Source of the DNA: Glycera tridactyla
Taxonomy: Eukaryota
Length of the DNA stretch: 64,000 nt
Assembly (NCBI GenBank): GCA_965644265.1
Contig: OZ286476.1
Location: forward strand, 78,554,001 to 78,618,000
Reading direction: 5' to 3'
Shown: positions 62,238-64,000 of the stretch, one piece after another
Position numbering within the stretch: position 1 is the stretch's first letter
Layout of the letters: each line of letters starts with the position of its first letter
Translations under genes and position numbers: made by a program
Notes under the pieces: generated by a model
Database searches by the model: none
What the model was told of the DNA's origin: nothing
Seen by the model: only the letters and a program-made list of their open reading frames with translations

Positions 62238-63102
62238 CCATAAGATGGTTCGCATCTTTGGTGATTTGGTTGTCTTGAAAAACATGCGCCATATACAGCT
62301 TAGAAACTCGAACATGTAGGGTGTGACGACGACCAGGAAGAGGCCCCAGGCCCAACGGATGGTGACCACATCACATCTCCGGATGAAGGCTATCACATCA
62401 TCATCAAAGGGGTCGGTGGTGGTGATGCTGGTGCTAGTGCTGGTAGTCTCGCTAGAAGTGGTCTCTGTATCGGCCGTGGTCGTAGTGTCGGGGATGGACG
62501 CTGTGCTCACCTCCCACCAACTCTCATTCGAGACCACCTCCGTTTCTGTGACCACCTCGGGTGGCGCCGTCTGATTATCGCCATCTAGTGTTGCCCCGTT
62601 GTAAAACGAAGCAGCATCCCCTAGCGGCAGGTTGATCAAGTCAGGATCAAAACCTCCAAGCGTATTTTCTTGGTAAAATCGAAAAAACTCTGCTGTTGAT
62701 TCGGCATCTGTCAGGTCGAAAAGTTTGGAGTTACTGAGCGTGGGTGAGGGTGGTGTGGTGGATTTAGTGGTGGGTGTGGTGGGCGTCGTCAGAGGGGGTA
62801 TGGTGTGAGTCATATCGGGGTCCATGCTGAACGGGATCCTATAACATTCGAGCACCGTGTAATTCGGGGCATTGGCTGTCTCAATATGACACTGTATTTG
62901 CCCATACTGTCCCATCTGGGACCCCATGAAGAAGAGTGTACCCTTGCTAATCATGGCACCTCCTAGTACGACCAGGAACAAGAGGAGAGAGGTGATGACT
63001 CGCAGTGTTTTCTTGAGACCAATATAACAGGCGGAATCCTCCAGCGAGTCCTCCACGGGATCCGCGATACGGAACACGTCCCACGGCTTGATCACGGTCG
63101 TC
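62238..63102 (-). CDS. CHS: Chitin synthase exon A (first exon in window; gene is 5'-incomplete)
   Basis: Acceptor ttatccag|G (phase 2), donor TGG|GTAGGT. Encodes KPWDVFR, ISKGTLFFMGSQ and RWAWGLFLVVVTPY, typical of the N-terminal TM domain of metazoan chitin synthases. Confidence 0.88.
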
Positions 63103-64000
63103 CTGGATAATACACAGAGACAAAAAAACGAGAATTACACCTGGACCCAGCATGGGTTAAATCTCGTGTCCTCTATAACACAGATGACACCTTGAGTGCG
63201 TGAATATCACAAATGTTCATCTTCCGTCGGGAACACGGAAGGAGGAGTTTCCAATCATTCTACCTTTGCCTATTTGCAAGGGCGTCACGATATACTATAT
63301 ATGGCATTGATGTGACGTTAAGGAGTTTGGGAGCTGAGATTGAGTCATCTATTGCTGAGGACTTGGCAACTAAAGGGCATGCTGTCAAAATGGTTTTCAG
63401 ACTACTTGGTGTTCAGACTCTCCCAGGATATAGCAAGACACTGAACAGGCAGACATCTTGAATTTCAAGGTCACTGAGTACAAAAAGGTCAAAATCAGCT
63501 CTTCATACTTGATTGGGTGGATGGATTGGCAATTTGCAGTAGAAAATCAGCCTGATGAGATGTTCCTTTTACCATATAATGTTATATAGATACATGCAAA
63601 TTGTGAGATAGAATGATAAGGAAAATCCATGAAGGTTTGGATGACATATGAAGGAATCGCCATAGTAAATCTACATTTTATCAATTTTCTCAAGATTCAG
63701 AATTGTTTCCTGTAGAATTTAGGCTGGTGACATGGACATTTTTTGCTTTCATTCATGGGAAAATATCATTATTCAACTTTGATCTGAATACTGCTGAAAA
63801 CACTGGCTTTTTGCTGATTCGATCACGTACCAAATCCAATTGAAGAGGAGTCATGGACATTCTGGCAATATTTCCATACAAGAAATAGCCTTCTATAATC
63901 CTATAGTTGCCCAAATTCATTTCTCATCATTTTCACCAAGAAAAATTCAGTTTATGATATTTTTGAATTTTTCGTCAATTTCAATTTTCTGTTCACATTT

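Noticed and set aside
63141-63153. ATG mini-exon (MLGP) as the chitin synthase start
   Set aside because: It implies a 38-nt intron in phase 1, while exon A needs phase 2.
63103-64000. N-terminal myosin motor domain (known in some lophotrochozoan chitin synthases)
   Set aside because: No myosin-like coding sequence is visible; it can be neither supported nor excluded because the 5' end is outside the window.

Overview
Repeat-rich animal genomic DNA, probably a marine invertebrate (inference), with four N-gaps. The main feature is a minus-strand metazoan chitin synthase. I could splice 20 exons by hand from 63102 down to the stop at 23871. All 19 introns are GT-AG with consistent phases, giving about 1747 codons with the CATMWHE, ALDGD, QKFEY, GEDRW, QRRRW and SWGTRE motifs intact; the 5' end lies outside the window. 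A plus-strand exon at 10437-10609 resembles the C-terminal half of a CD225/dispanin domain. The most unusual observation is that most long tandem arrays here are reiterated copies of the genes' own exon boundaries (exon edge, splice site and intron flank, or the stop-codon end). This affects 13 of 20 chitin synthase exons and also the opposite-strand CD225-like exon. The complete exon always sits at the exon-proximal end of its array, leaving roughly 150 decoy splice sites, some of them in frame and stop-free. Also present: a decayed Merlin/ISXO2-type transposase, a Helentron/DINE-like element, a pogo-like MITE, a LINE 3' end, two tRNA-derived SINE heads, and a near-identical duplication at 6893-bp offset. 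Coordinates and copy numbers were read by eye; no searches were run.
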